Source: Candidatus Bathyarchaeota archaeon
GTDB taxonomy: Archaea > Thermoproteota > Bathyarchaeia > Bathyarchaeales > Bathycorpusculaceae
NCBI GenBank assembly: GCA_963780185.1
Contig: CAWABA010000010.1
Location: forward strand, 32,001 to 96,000
Reading direction: 5' to 3'
Length of the DNA: 64,000 nucleotides
The notes below the pieces were generated by a model. It was not told the origin of the DNA. It did no database searches and saw nothing but the letters and a program-made list of their open reading frames with translations. Both the position numbers and the translations under genes were made by a program. Positions 63,589 through 64,000 of this stretch are shown here, in pieces (the first letter of the stretch is position 1; each line of letters starts with the position of its first letter).

Positions 63589-63993
63589 TTGGGCGTAATC
63601 GCTGTCGATAGCAGTGGCACATTTGAAATTCCGCCAATTTGGGTTGTTGCTGTAAGAAAAGTGGATTCACAGAAACACATTGCATTAGAGATAAGTGTGG
63701 CAGATTGTGCAACTTATAAGAAGAGACTTGGCGTTAATTATAGGGAAAAGGTTTCGGCTGCTTTTATCTTCAAATCAATACAATCTGTGATTAAGACCAC
63801 CGATTCAATTGAAATTGACAAGGATTTTTTAGGTGACCGTCAGAAATATGTTAGGCAGTGCTTGAATCGATTGTTTAGTGAATTTTATAATGGCAATCAA
63901 CTGAGCAACCCAAAAATAGATTTTATAACAATCCGTAGTAGTAAAGGTAAACAGCATGTTAAACTAGCACATAAAAAAACACAACTGAGCTAG
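63589..63993 (+). CDS. RNase H-fold (DUF3800-like) protein; C-terminus uncertain at the window edge
   Basis: IAVDSSG, IEIDKD, VKLAH where LQLAD is expected; starts 7 bp after the tandem-Alba stop. Confidence 0.5.
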   Translation: MGVIAVDSSGTFEIPPIWVVAVRKVDSQKHIALEISVADCATYKKRLGVNYREKVSAAFIFKSIQSVIKTTDSIEIDKDFLGDRQKYVRQCLNRLFSEFYNGNQLSNPKIDFITIRSSKGKQHVKLAHKKTQLS

Positions 63994-64000
63994 ACACGGA

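Overview
Archaeal chromosomal window. The gene families (aIF-1A, aIF-2alpha, L35Ae, archaeal TyrS and ApgM, PEF-CTERM surface proteins) suggest Bathyarchaeia; this is an inference. In order it holds: a chemotaxis cluster (cheY-D-C-R-A-orf-W-B) with an upstream MoxR/CbbQ-type ATPase; a large cell-anchored propeller/Ig protein; a 12-17 kb cluster of translation genes and Zn/Cys microproteins, several missed by the ORF track; tRNA-Ser(GCT) with a 1-kb att-flanked Fic cassette on its 3' side and an ORF reading through it from the 5' side; a tandem bacterioferritin, a 9-Cys microprotein and korAB; nrdR-nrdD-nrdG with tandem NrdR boxes; a surface-glycan locus with a B12 radical SAM enzyme; apgM, an ABC transporter, tyrS, a DUF4258/DUF2283 pair and more surface proteins; and, at the right edge, a tandem-Alba gene paired with an RNase H-fold gene. 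A 46-bp dyad repeat occurs three times in intergenic gaps and a 10-bp phased array once. About ten genes carry single-base frameshifts that look like assembly errors. All family calls come from motif recognition by eye, not database searches.
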